Part shown: in pieces, positions 41,901 to 54,798 of the stretch
Layout: every line of letters begins with the position of its first letter
How positions within the stretch are numbered: position 1 is the first letter of the stretch
Source of the DNA: Chrysomallon squamiferum
Lineage: Eukaryota; Animalia; Mollusca
Direction of reading: 5' to 3'
NCBI GenBank assembly: GCA_012295275.1
Contig: CM022679.1
Span: 10,602,001-10,666,000, forward strand
Length of the DNA stretch: 64,000 nucleotides
Position numbers and translations under genes: made by a program
Notes under the pieces: generated by a model
What the model was told of the DNA's origin: nothing
Databases searched by the model: none
What the model saw: the letters and a program-made list of their open reading frames with translations, nothing else

Positions 41901-44442
41901 AATTAGATGGGAATTTTTGGATTTATTTTTAATGTAACAACTGGAATTTCTGCAACAAACAGGAAACACACCAGATTAGTTTTGTACTAAATTCAGTGAT
42001 TGGCAAAGTGACAGGTTAGATACCAGGATAAAGTTGCTTCAGCCATAATTGGATTTAGGTGTGCAGATATATTACAGTAGTTTCAAGAACTTAGATAAGT
42101 CTAATTGACATTATTTTTCAAGTTTAATTAAATGTATGTGCATAACTACATTATTGTTTATTACATCATGTAGAATTTCATTTATTTTCAAGATACCTGA
42201 CTACAGAAATGCTGTGATTGTTGCCAGAAATGCTAACTCAGTAAAGCGAGCCACATCTTATGCTGAAAGACTTCGACTGAGCATTGCTGTGATTCATGGA
42301 GAAAGCAAAACATCAGAATCTGAAGAAGATGATGGGCGCAATTCACCCCCTCTGATAGATGGAGTCAGATCTTCAGGCAATGAATTTGGACTTGAGATTG
42401 TACCAGGTCTGTATGTTTTGGCAGTAATGGTAGTTTAAATCACTATCAGACAGTGAATTTGAAGTAGAGGTAGTTCAGCTTAAGAATCCTTTATCCAAAA
42501 TTACAAAATCTGAAAAGCACCAAAATGCAAAATGTTTTCAAGCTGAAGTGATACTTTGAAGTTTTCTGATGTCTTTAAAAAAAAACAAAAAAATTCATGT
42601 TGTGCACAGAATTATTAAAAATATTGAATAAAAATACCTGCAAACTATGTGTATAAATTGTATGTGATATATAAATTAATTTCATTTGAGTTGTAAATAA
42701 TTTTTTCAGGCTATCAGTTTCAGTTCCAAAATTCTAAAAATTCTGAAATCCAAAATATTTTCATTTCCAAACATTTTGAATAAGAGTTCCTGAACATGTA
42801 TTAGGTTTGTGATTGTAATAGCAGTTAAAATGAATTTGCTATTTGAAATATACTTCCATTCACTGAATGTTCTAATTGTCTCTGTTAGGCACATCATTCA
42901 AGACATTATTAATGTGTTTAGGAGATTATTTCTGACCTAACACTGTTCAAGTTACATTTGGATAAAGTCAGTAACAGGGTTTGAACCCATTCTCTTCTAA
43001 TCTTAATGCTGAGTGTCTAAGGCTGCCTAATCACTGTGACATGTAAATTTAGATACTAATTTATACTATCCAAGGAATATTGCAGTAATGTAAATAAGCA
43101 ATTGTAGTGAGTTGTTTATCAAAATGAATTATACATAGTAAACAGTTTAGTATTTTTCAGTGAATGTTTTTTTTATATATTTTATTCAACTCTTTTTAAA
43201 AACTTTTAGACTGTTAATTTAAGATTAATAATTTGCACTAATTTCAGTTTCATTTAAAAAGGCATCAAATAAGTATCAGATAAAGCAATGAAAAAATAAA
43301 ATAAATATCCACAAATTAAAAATACACAAAGGCATAACCTAAAATAAATGTGTGATTTTTAAAAAATGATTCTGGATATATGCATTAATAAACTTATTTG
43401 TTTTTCTCCAAAAAAAATCTTTTCAGTTTTGCAAGCCAAAGAAAAACCACCTTTGAATGTAGTTGGTGATGTTGGAGGAAGAATAGCTATTATAGTGGTG
43501 AGTTTAGAAACTGCCCAATTTTCAGCAGTTGTGTAATGGTTAACACTTATTTTTCATTTTCAAAATTTTTAATACTAAATTTTTATAACAAGAATAAAGT
43601 CTGAAATTTAAATTTAAAACGACTGTCTTTAATTTCATGATTGGTATTAAATTTCATTTATTTTAGAGAATACGTTACAAAATACTGTTGCATTTCACCT
43701 AACATTAACTTTACAGTATAACAGATAAGTGAAGAATTTTTGGTAAAAAAATAGTCCAGCATTGTGATCAAGTAAGACTATAGCTTTTTGATCTTCCTTG
43801 TTATGCAGCTGTTTACCTTGTTCTGTAATGCTTTTCATGGTTTCAGGATGATATGATAGATGATGCTGAATTATTTGTCCAGACAGCTAATGCACTGAAG
43901 GTGAGGGGAGCCTACAAAATCTACGTAATGGCAACACACGGCCTCATGTCTTCAGATGCCCCAAGACTTATTGAAGATTCTTGTATTGATGAGGTAAATA
44001 TCACCTCCAGAATTTTTGTCTCTGTTTAAAGACTGATTTTACTTAGTTTTATTATATTTTTAGTTGCCATGTATGTTTGTGTATATAACAGGAAATTGTG
44101 TATATGCATGTATAAAATCTTGTAAATAAATAAATTAAATAAAACAACATACAACATTAGTTTTATCAGTTTGAATACAAAATACTGAACAAAATACATA
44201 CATGTGCAGGGTTTTTTGTTTGTTTTTGTTAAATAAATTTTCAAAATATTAATTACCATTATTATTTTAATGTTTTATTTTAGGTTGTAGTCACTAACAC
44301 AGTTCCACATGAAGTTCAGAAAATGCAGTGTCACAAAATCAAAACCGTTGACATCAGCATCATGCTAGTTGAAGCCATTCGCAGAATCCACAATCGAGAG
44401 TCAATGTCATTCCTCTTCCGTAACATCGGCATGGATGACTAG
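38622..44442 (+). CDS. PRPSAP: Phosphoribosyl pyrophosphate synthase-associated protein (PRPSAP1/2-like), 361 aa
   Basis: Nine exons: 38622-38707, 39197-39249, 39825-39891, 40366-40538, 41636-41751, 42193-42406, 43427-43497, 43847-43993, 44284-44442. They total 1086 nt in an open frame with GT-AG introns. Motifs: [30 protein letters not shown], the PRPSAP-specific insert [34 protein letters not shown] (lacking the DTCGT loop of catalytic PRPS) and the end [16 protein letters not shown]. Confidence 0.95.
38813..38913. repeat. (TA)n microsatellite in PRPSAP intron 1
   Basis: Long TA run with a short TACA interruption. Confidence 0.95.
42476..42798. mobile_element. Non-autonomous Tc1/mariner-pogo element (Tigger4/Zombi/MER46-like MITE) in PRPSAP intron 6
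   Basis: Degenerate inverted termini CAGCTTAAGAATCCTTTATCCAAAAT ... ATTTTGAATAAGAGTTCCTGAACATG, followed by TA. The internal block TGCACAGAATTATTAAAAATATTGAATAAAAATACCTGCAAACTATGTGTATAA resembles the Tigger4 consensus as I remember it. Confidence 0.7.
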
Positions 44443-46473
44443 CTAGTATGTTTTGTCCCTCATTCATATTATGGATTGTTTGCCTGTACGTGTGAGTCTA
44501 GTGATCATTGTAGCATTAAAATGTAAATATGAGTGTTGACTGGAACTATTTCGTTGGTAGGAAGAAACTGGGTGGTGTCACATAAACATTTAAAAATGTA
44601 CAAAACAAATAATAATTTATCAAATATTATGTTCTATTTGGAAAAAATAAACAGATGGTGTTTCCTTACACAATATATAAATCAGAAAAAATTATTATTA
44701 TTATTATTATTATTATATTTATTATTATTTTTTAAAGTAAATAAGTAGATATTATTGTAATATGATGTACATGTAAAACTAAATCCAACATACACTGGTA
44801 TGTAATTGTTGTTACTACATGTAGTTTGTATAGTGTAAACTTAGGCAACAGAAAAGTCGTAAATGCTTACTGCAGATAAATGAGATATCATATTTTGTGT
44901 AGTAATTAAAACAAACAAGTGCTGTTGAAGTGGATGGATGTTCATTTTATTTATTGTTTCAGAATGTAAAGAAGTGAAGAAAGAAAATTTCAAATATTCT
45001 ACATCTAAAAATATAATTACAAGTTTACAGGAAAACTTGCATTTATTTCTTCTTTAAGAAATCTCAGACAAATTTAATTTCATATGCTGCATAATATAAA
45101 ACAAATCCAGTACATATTGAATGTTTATAATTTTGATATTTTGGCAGCTAAATAATTATATATTTTTGTTTTTGTTAATGTTCATAAAGTTATAATTTAA
45201 ACAATGTGAATTTGACCTTGGTGTTGGTTTTTGATTGATAGTAATTAACAGAAAAAGAGACTGCCTGTCAGAAATGTTATTTAGTGGCAGATGTTTTTTT
45301 TTTTTTTTTTTTTTTTTGCCTTTTATATGATTGTTATTAATGTTTTATAATTTTTATTATGTTTCTTTTTTATTCCACGACAATTTGTTTTAAATGATGG
45401 CCTTTTGTTACATCATTTTAAATGAATTTTTTTGTTAAATATATGAACTTGTTTTGTACATAGTCAGAGATTCCACCCCACCATCATTTACATCTTGTGA
45501 AATTATCAGTAGTAATCAACATAATCATTTTAATTTCAGTTGATGGTTATCAAAAGTAAAGCATTTATTTAGAAGAAATAAACAATGTAGAACAGTAACA
45601 TCAAGGGTTTTATTTTTCAGCATAATGGGTAATTTCAGTGAAAACAAATATCCTGTTAAATATGGTTGAATGCCAAGTTCTAACAATGCCAGAGGTGTTT
45701 TGTTAATGTATAATTCTAATGCACTCTGATGGTTATAAGTATATTGATCACTGACTTATGTCGGTGAACAATGGTGTGGTGTAATATTTTTTGTGAGGTG
45801 CTAAATAAGAATTTCAGGTTATTTTAAGTCAAAATCAAATAAATATTTACATAAATTTTGTATGTGATTTTGATTCACATTATTATTTCCCTTTACTGTT
45901 AGTATGTCATGAAAATTTCAGTGATTTCTGTTCTGCTAATTGGAATTGTCAACAACAATGTAAATAACAGAATTATTCTGAAATAAAAAAATATAAAACA
46001 GTTTTCATACATTTAGTCTTTAATATTTTTAAAATATATTAATAAGCACTGATTTGTATCAGTGGAAAATGTTAACATCGTTCACTAAAAACTTACCACT
46101 GAGAATATAAAATTAAGAAATACAATGCTTAAACACATCTGATGATTTAACAATTGCATATGCATAGCAGTGTTACCCCAGCACCAAAAATAAAAACAAT
46201 CTAGAACCAAGGTGAATTCTGGTTTTAGTATTGAGAGTGATTATACTGCATCAATGAGGGAAAAAAAGATTAAAAAACCCCATTTTCATAAATATTGTTT
46301 GACAAAAAAAAAATGGAAGGAGCAAGCTGGATGTACTATAACAAATCAATACATAAAGAAAAAATTCACTTTTGGCAGTAATATTGAAGCACAAAATTCT
46401 TTATTTTTTCTTGATTATTCATTCTGTTGGTATTATTCAAACCTTTTATTATTTCTGAATTAAAATAAATAAA

Positions 46474-46851
46474 GAACCGCACTGTCATCTTATTTCCATC
46501 ACATGAACAGAGCCATTTTCTTGTCCAGCTATTAGGTGACGCTTTGACAAATGTAACGACAAATGTAATGTGACTGAGGAAGATAAGCTAACAAACTGCC
46601 ATAGTATTTATCCCAGAGTAACACATCCCCTTCTTAAACAAAGGCAGCCATTATCTTTTCATTCTTAAATAAATGTAACTGTTTTGAACATCCCAAATAT
46701 TTATTTTCAGTCTACTGTCAGTTTGTTTATAGAGAGGAATGATAAAAAAATAAATATAGATTTTCTTAATTAATTTGCTTTCAATTACCTTTGCATTTTT
46801 TCACTGTGCCTGTCAAAATGAAATAATAATTTAAACATCTGTGTTGATGGA
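46474..46851 (-). pseudogene. Degenerate tandem duplicate of the PALB2 3' end (part of the penultimate exon, intron and last exon)
   Basis: 46474-46663 matches ~46850-47036 (last exon) and ~46672-46851 matches ~47333-47509. The copy has substitutions, small indels and a ~300-bp internal deletion that removes the last splice acceptor. Confidence 0.9.
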
Positions 46852-46860
46852 ACTGCACTG

Positions 46861-49800
46861 TCATCTTATTTCCATCACATGAACACAGCCATTTTCTTGT
46901 CCAGCTATTAGGTGACACTTTGACAAATGTAATGACGTGGAATGGGATTGAGGAAGATAAGCTAACAAATTGCCATAGTATTTATCCCAGAGTAACACAT
47001 CCCCTTCTTCATCAATGGCAGCCATTATCTTTTCATTAACCACTGGATTTTTGAAGCTGAAACAACAACAAAATTAATATTAAAGCAAATAATTATTCAG
47101 TGATTATGTATCCATGGTTGTTTGAAATGGAGAGAAATATTTTAGCTGAAAGAGTTTCAAGGAAAATAATTAAATTTTATGCATCTAAAATGCAAGGTCC
47201 TTTCATAATCAGAAGATTTATCATAATATTTGTTCATGTAATTCTGATCTTAATATTTAAAAAGTTGTTTCAGTAAGCCAAAAAAAGAATAACAAAAATT
47301 ATAATATGTGGTAAAATCATTCTCAAATATTCGTAATTGTTTTGAACATCCCAAATATTTATTTTCAGTGTACTGTCAGTTTGTTTCTACAGAGGAAGGA
47401 TAAACGAATAAATATAGATTTTCTTAATTAATTTGCTTTCAATTACCTTTGCATTTTTTCATTGTGCCCATCAAAATGAAATAATAATTTAAACATTTGT
47501 GTTGATGGATTAACAGCTAAGAAACTTCCTGGATTTTGTTTATGTCTATTCATGACGAGCAGAAACAAGAAGCCCTGCAATGTTAAGATACTGTATTAAT
47601 GTTTGCCAAAAATATTAAAATTGCTTGACAGTAAGATATTAAAATAAATGAAAAATAAAGTGCTATATTTACATCTGAAGTAAGAAATAGTAATAAATGG
47701 AAATAATATTTAATATGTATTTTGTGAGCATTAAATAAGAGTTATCTAAAACTATTTTCTTGTATAAAATATAGTACCTCAACAGACTGGACACTTGATA
47801 TTAAAAGTGGACTTGGAAAGATTTGAGAAATATCTATTTGTGTCAGAAGTGACCCAACTTCATGATTCCTGAAAACAAAGATTAATTAGTTTAATATTTA
47901 TATTTCCAAATTCTTCTGTGTTTGTGTATAATAATGATGGTAATGCATTTTTAATAAGTTATATTCTCCAAAACTCTAGATTAAACTGCATTGTCATTAA
48001 TAAATTACTGAACAAATGATACATGATACAGTAATGAGTTTCAAAAACAACAGATTAAATCTTTTCACAATTACACTGCAAGACAAATATAGAGAAATAA
48101 AATATCTGAATTTTTCTTAGATTTATCCTCATGTATAGTTGATGATAATGCACAAAAGTTAAAAATAAATTGTTAGCAATATTAAATATTTCTTTTTCTT
48201 CTTTTTTGAATTAAGAATATAATATGTCCTCAGATTATACCAGACAAGGATGTTGGAGTTGGAGGAAAGACCAACAAGAGCAAGATCTAAATCTTCAACA
48301 GTAGATAAACTAAGAAGATTTTCTTTGGTGTTTTCTAACTTCTGTTGTGATTGTACTTCATTCAGGTCCTCACTGAATGAATGTTTTTGAAGAATTGTTG
48401 TACTGGACTGTCCATAGGAAATTATTATTTGATCATACTTGAGTGGACAACACAGCAATCTATTTCTTGAAAAAAGAAATTATATATATTTATTTTATTA
48501 TTATTTTTTAAATTGTTTTTTAACAATAAAAAAATTACATACCCCCACTTCCCAAACCACAAGAACAACACAAAATTTTTAAATTTAAATTTCAAACATG
48601 ACAGAGTAATGTAAACTAAATCTGTAGAATTTGTTTTATCTAAAATGAAACAAACATTTTGATTTTAATACCTTTTGAGAAACCTTTAAATAATAACACT
48701 GTGATTCTTATGTTTGAAGGTGCATAATAAATGATTTTTTACAATAATCTTCAAAATTTGAATATATGACTTTTAGAATCATAAAATTTATTAAACTCCT
48801 ACTTTTTTGTCAGAACGATTTTCAAATTGTCATGTTTTATCCAAAACAGTTGAAAGTTTATCCTTAAAACTTTATTTGTATTTTAACTTACTTGGTGAAG
48901 TTTGTGATAGGAAACTCAATAGTGAGTTGACTGGTTTCTCCTGAATGCATGTCATAAACAAATAACAACACCCAAGGAAACATCTCATCCTTGCGTCCTG
49001 AGATAAGCAATGCAGACTTGGTTTTGTGAGGTAACAGACACAATTTTTCTGCACAACAACCCTGACAGATACATTTGTAACAGAGGTTAGATACAGATTT
49101 GATAATGCATTAGACAATATATTCCTCAATTAACAGCAGGGGATACAGAGACAAAACACTTATTAACCAATATGATATTTTTGCAGAAACTCAACTTGTA
49201 CTTACACTGTAACAGTATGTTATTAAATATATATCTAAAGACATCTTTAATAAGATATTTTTATGGAATATTATAACATTATTTAATAGCTAATAAGTGA
49301 TACACACACACACAGAGATTTAATATATAACATGAATTAAAAAACAAACACAACTAAAAAGAATTAAATTAAAAATAAAACACTTTTCTACAATTAACTG
49401 TTATTAACATGCACTCTTTTTAATTTTTTTTATCTGACTACACAAGGATCAAAACAAATATATGTTATTATTATTTTCTTAAATATGCTAAATGTTGCTG
49501 AAAACAAATCCATTAATTTTGTAATTATTAAATTTATATTTTCATACCAAAGGCAATAACCAATCCAGCTCATTGTTCCAATCATTTTTTTCATCTGCAG
49601 TCCACAGACTTAATGTGTATTCTGAAATGCACGCCACAAACATAATATCTATATTACTGGACCTCACTATGCTTGAGATAACAGAGATAACAGGCTCATC
49701 CTTTCCTATCTGAAATTAAATTGTGAAAATATCATTCATACATAATTTGAAAACTGAAATTTATATGTTTAACATACTGCTACAAAATAGAGAGTAACAA

Positions 49801-52800
49801 GAATAACAAATTAGGGATAAACTGTTTTGATTTTATTTATTTAATTTGCTGGAAAGGGTTGAGGTTTTTAAACTAAAACCATTTTTCATAAATATAATCT
49901 GTACAAATTAAATAAAAGTTTTTGCCTTTTGAAAAAACAAACAAACAAACTATAAATTATTATATAAAAATATATAATTTCAATGTACCTGAAAAGATGA
50001 TAAATGTCTTATGCAACCTTTTCCTTGGACATCTGTATGTTTTGTTGTACAGTTTGGTTCATAGGTGTCAGACAAGGTTTCTGATATACTCTGAGATGAT
50101 AAGCAAGTCTCTGCAGAACTTTCAGCTGACAAACCATCATTTGGCAAAGCAGCATCACCAAGAAATGATCCTCTGTTTGGGCTTAAGATAGAAAATTCAT
50201 TAGTTTCAGATGTACGTTTTGAATCTTTGCAAGCTGTGGCCACTGCTATATTTTGTTCTGATGTACTTGATGGAGTAATATTTGTAGAAGTTTCTGTGTT
50301 TGGAGGACAACTGGGTATCAGTTTACCAGGTTCTTCAGAACTGGTGTCTGCAGGATGATCATCTCCAGTCAAAACAGTTTGAGATAATTTTCTGTCTTTG
50401 CTACATATAATTTCCTTTTCAAATACTTCATCTTCTGCAGATGATGTTTTATCTGGAAACACATTTCCTTGATTCTGATGGTTAATGGTTGGAATATTTT
50501 CACTTGAATCAATCAAGTGGTTTGCTTCTTCAGCCACATTGAACGGAAAGTCCAGCTTATCTTCATTTAATAAATCTTGTGAATATAATTCTTCTGAACA
50601 CTCCTGCCCAGGATTTTGGTTCTGAACATTTAGCAAATGTTTCATATCTAATTCAGAAACTTCAGCTTGAAATCCTTTTCTGCATTTTTCGTGCAAGAGA
50701 TAATCAAACTGAATTTCTGGAAGAAAGAATTCTTCCTTATTCTTTTGTCTTTTTGCTTCATCTACAAGAAACTGAAAGAGAGATGAAATAATCAGTGCTT
50801 TTCTACTTCTGTAAGTTCTCCTCATTATCTGATGCTCTGACTGGGATGAAAAACCTGTAGAATTACTGTCACAAGAAGATGTTGATGAAGCTATTGGACT
50901 ATTAGGTCCACATCTTACATTACCAGTGCTAGGAGATGTTATCCTGGGTGATTTTCTTGGAATAAAGATACCTGGCTGCCTCTTTCGACGACGGCTGGAA
51001 ATTTTCAGGCACTCTGACTTATGTGCTTCTTGATCTGACAGGAATGACTGAGATAGTTCCATTTGTGAAGATGGAATCACATCAACATGGTCTGTAAATG
51101 AAGGATTATTTTCAATTTTCTTTTGCTCCTGTGATTTGTGTTGTTCTAAACTATTAATTGTATCCTCACTGCAAAGTAATTTTGTTTTTTCATGATTAAA
51201 GTTACATATTTGAGAATGCTGCTCACAACTGACAATATTTTGAGATGTTTTATTATCATCATTCTCCAAATAGTCAACAGTCTGAGAACAGACTCTTTTG
51301 GCACTATCTTTTAATCCACATTTTAAAATGAGATCTGCATCAGAAATGTTGTGTTGGATAGATAGAATACTTGATTTTCCCTCCTTCAAATGTTTTGGTA
51401 TTTGTTTGTTCTGGGTTCCTTGATTTATCCTTACATGACACTACTGGTTTCAGCAAACTCTGGCTTGAGTTACTTTCACTAGTATCAGAATCTTGAGATT
51501 CAAAATGAGGACTTTCATTTCCATTGCCCTGCACAACAGTAATTTGTGAACTAACACTGCTTTGTGTATCTAATGTTTTGATATTACAAACCTGATCAGA
51601 ATTTTTAATATCTTTTAAAACCATGAATCCTTCATCTGAAATATTCCTATCAGATACTGTTCTTCTAAAGTTGGCTAAATTTAACATTTTCATCTTTTTT
51701 TTACATTTGAAGTCACTAAAACTGTTACTTCTACGTCTTTTTCTTCTTACTAACACACTTTTTGATTCTTCAGAATTAGAAGGTAATGAACTAAAAACAG
51801 TATCACATCTGTGGGAGCAATCTGAGAACTTCTGATCTAGTAACATATGCTGATTACAAGAATTATTTACCAAATGGGATTCATTACACTCAAGATTTTT
51901 CTTTCCTGAGACAAGAGGATTATTTCTATTGGACTCAGGAGAAGAAATTATTTCTATTTCTTCTGATATGCTAAATCTATTTTCTCTTTCCTTTGTAGGA
52001 CTGATAAATGTTTTAACATTTTCTGTTTCATTAGTTTTATCTGCAAGATGTTTTTCTTGAATATCTTGAGGTACAGCAAGTGTTTGACTCTGAACCAAAC
52101 ATTTTATTTGTCCACTTTTGTTATCAGTGTCATGACTGATACTCTGAAAATGAATGTCATCTGATTTTTCAGTGGTAACATCAAGATATTTGTTAGTACT
52201 TGTCAGATTATCATTGTTTTGAACACTGGGAATTTCAGGAGATGGCTTATCTTTTGAATGCAAAGTCTGTGACTTTACAAAATCATCAGTGTACTGTGTT
52301 TCAGAATGTAAATTCAATTGTAAATTAGTATCTTCATTTTGTGACTCTATATACCAGTGTTCCTGTGAGCTATCATTCTGAAGGCCATATCCATCAAGCT
52401 GAGTCTTCATACTAACAAAAGAGGGAGTAATTGCCAAAGAATCAGTTAAAAATGTATTAGTGTATTCAGTTTTGTTTTTCAATTTTATTATATTTTCATC
52501 ATCACTAACAACAGGACATCTAAAATCTGCATTATTTGTTGGAACAATAATTTCTGAATTTGATGATAGGCATTCTGTAACAGCTTCTGATGTGGGACTA
52601 CTAATTTTCTGGGAAAATGTGGTATTTTCTTGATTTTCTTCAACAGTTTTGGGATTATAACAATGTGAAGACCTTAACATTAAATCAAATTTTGTTTTCA
52701 ATAATGATTTTTCTTTGGCTTTTATCTGTATATTTTCTTCGTCTTTAATATTTACTTCAGGACTGGAAAGAGAAATTGAATTGTTTTCTGTTTCTGTAAA

Positions 52801-53894
52801 TTTTCTTTTATTATAGGTCTTTTCATTTTCAGTAATTACATTACTCTGTGACTGAATAGAGCTCATTAACTCAATGGCTTTGTCATCTTCACAATTCACT
52901 GTCAAATCAATACACTTTTTGCTGTTAGTTTCTGAAGTATTGATGTGAATACCTGATTCTTCTCCAGAAAGATTAAATGTTGATGTTGATGACCTACTGA
53001 CTGATTTCTCAGTTAATGAGAATTTACTAAAATCATTTTGAGACTGTTCTTCTCTTTTCAGTTTATCTTGTTCTGCAAGTTTTCGTCTAACATATTCTTT
53101 TGCTTTTTCTGATCTTCTGGCCTTCTGAAATATAATAAACCATTTTTTAAAAAGGGATAAAATACAAAAAAAAAAAAAATAATAATAATAATGTACTTTA
53201 AAAATCCACATTAAGAATATGAATAATAAAACAAATTTTAAAAAAGTAATACTTGTTTCGTTGTTAATAAAGGAAAATAATTATTGTTATAAGTTAACAT
53301 TTAATGAAATAATAATTATATAATTTATGGCTGTGATAATTATCATTTATTTGCATTAATAAGATTTACTAAGAAAAAAAAGTTTCTTTTCAACAGGTGT
53401 TAAATTTGATAATAAAAAAATATTAGGTCAGAAATAAAAAGAAACCAGTTCACTGAAGCTTTATTTCTTACTTTGAGTTTTCTCTGTTTTTTGGCAAGTT
53501 CATTTTTCAGAAGAAGCAATTGTTTTAACAGCTATAAAATAAATCAGCAGTGGATAAAGCATAATAATATATTTTTGAAAGAAAAACAAAATAATGTACA
53601 AACACACACACACACACACATAAACAATAATTATATTAATAACAGTAGCCATTAACCATATATGCAAATATTTAAAAATTATTAAATATAAAAATTATAA
53701 CAGAATTTAAAGATAAAAAATGTAATTTCATTTAATGTATAATTTTAAAATGTCAGATTATTTCAGGACTTTTAGAAATATTTATATAAGTATTTCATAA
53801 AAGTAAAAAACACACATAATAATCAATATCGAATAATAAAGAATTTTCTTACTTCCCCTTGATCCTGTTGCTTCAAAATGGCATCACTTTCCAT
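46861..53894 (-). CDS. PALB2: Partner and localizer of BRCA2 (PALB2/FANCN) orthologue, ~1400 aa
   Basis: Exons: 53894-53853, 53531-53472, 53124-49989 (frame break at ~51340-51440), 49709-49548, 49061-48892, 48465-48241, 47868-47778, 47574-47447, 47056-46861. N-terminal coiled coil: LLKQLLLLKNELAKKQRKLK|KARRSEKAKEYVRRKLAEQD. MRG15-binding-like segment: LFQFL...EFFLPEIQFDYLLHEK. The C-terminal WD40 includes NILVW|NHEVGSLL, GFLFLL..FLAVNP and GDVLLWD..G.LLAYLP, ending HLIAGQENGCVHVMEIR*. All match human PALB2 segments as recalled. Confidence 0.85.
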
Positions 53895-54539
53895 TTTATT
53901 TAACTTGTGGAATAAATCAATCTAAATCTGCAAAAAAATAAAAAATAAAAAAAGAAAAAAAATCATAAAATTCTATTTTAAAAATGGGCACAATGAAATT
54001 ATTCTACCGTATTTTAGTGATTTACTTTAAATTATAATTAACAGTCAAACATTATAAAGTTGAGGAAGCCCCAGGAATATTAACTAATGTAAAACTGAAA
54101 ATAAGTAAAATAATAAATAAATAAATAATACCTTTCTGTTTCTGTAATAATAATTAAAATCATACAATCAACAATGTGATAAAAAGTTGTGGTTTAATCT
54201 TTATTTAATTTAAAAGGATTACTGGGGAAAAGATAAGACTTATATGTGACCTTCACAACTTATAGAGCATAATTTATAAAGTTACAGTTTAACATTTTAA
54301 AATTTAAGAAACATTAAAATGAACCAGCAGCTTGGCAACTGTTCATCAACGTCGTCATCAGAATAATTATTTAGTCATTAAATGATTAATGATTTAATCA
54401 GACCAATCAATGACTGATGGAGACAATTCATTGACAGTCAGTGATCAGTTTCATTTTTTCATTTGTTATTGTTTAGGAATGAGTTCCAGTCTTTTCCACA
54501 CCTGACTTAAAAGAAACCATGATAAAAGATGATGCATTT

Positions 54540-54700
54540 TAGAACTCCGAAACCTGACTTCTGCATTTTGTTTTTGCCGCTCGGACAAATACGGAAATTA
54601 ACTTATTACTTCCGGTATGCGCAGGAACTACGAAGGCTGTCTGTGTGTTTGTAGGAGATGGATCGCAAATGATGTCCAATTTCTGATACGATAAGTAAAA
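54540..54700. promoter_or_regulatory. Putative bidirectional promoter PALB2/RAB40 with ETS and NRF1-like motifs
   Basis: CpG-retaining patch between divergent start codons about 0.9 kb apart. ACTTCCGG (ETS/GABP) at 54608-54615, TGCGCA at 54618-54623 and ACGGAAAT at 54591-54598. Confidence 0.6.
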
Positions 54701-54798
54701 TTTGAAGCGGTCTCAGTGTGTTATGTTACAAATCTGTATTTATGGAAGAAAACTGTGCACAAAACAACACTTCAATGGGTCCTTTGGTTCCATAAATA

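Noticed and set aside
42960-43045. tRNA gene or SINE head (GGGTTCAAACCC B-box on the minus strand)
   Set aside because: No cloverleaf, and the A-box is poor. At most a heavily decayed SINE fragment, which I cannot support.
38622-44442. Catalytic PRPP synthetase (PRPS1/2)
   Set aside because: It has the PRPSAP-specific insert and [16 protein letters not shown] motifs instead of ARQDKK/DDMADTCGT.
49980-53211. Two separate genes (469 aa and 623 aa ORFs)
   Set aside because: They overlap by a frame shift, share composition, and are bounded by one acceptor (53125-53126) and one donor (49987-49988). They are parts of the PALB2 central exon.
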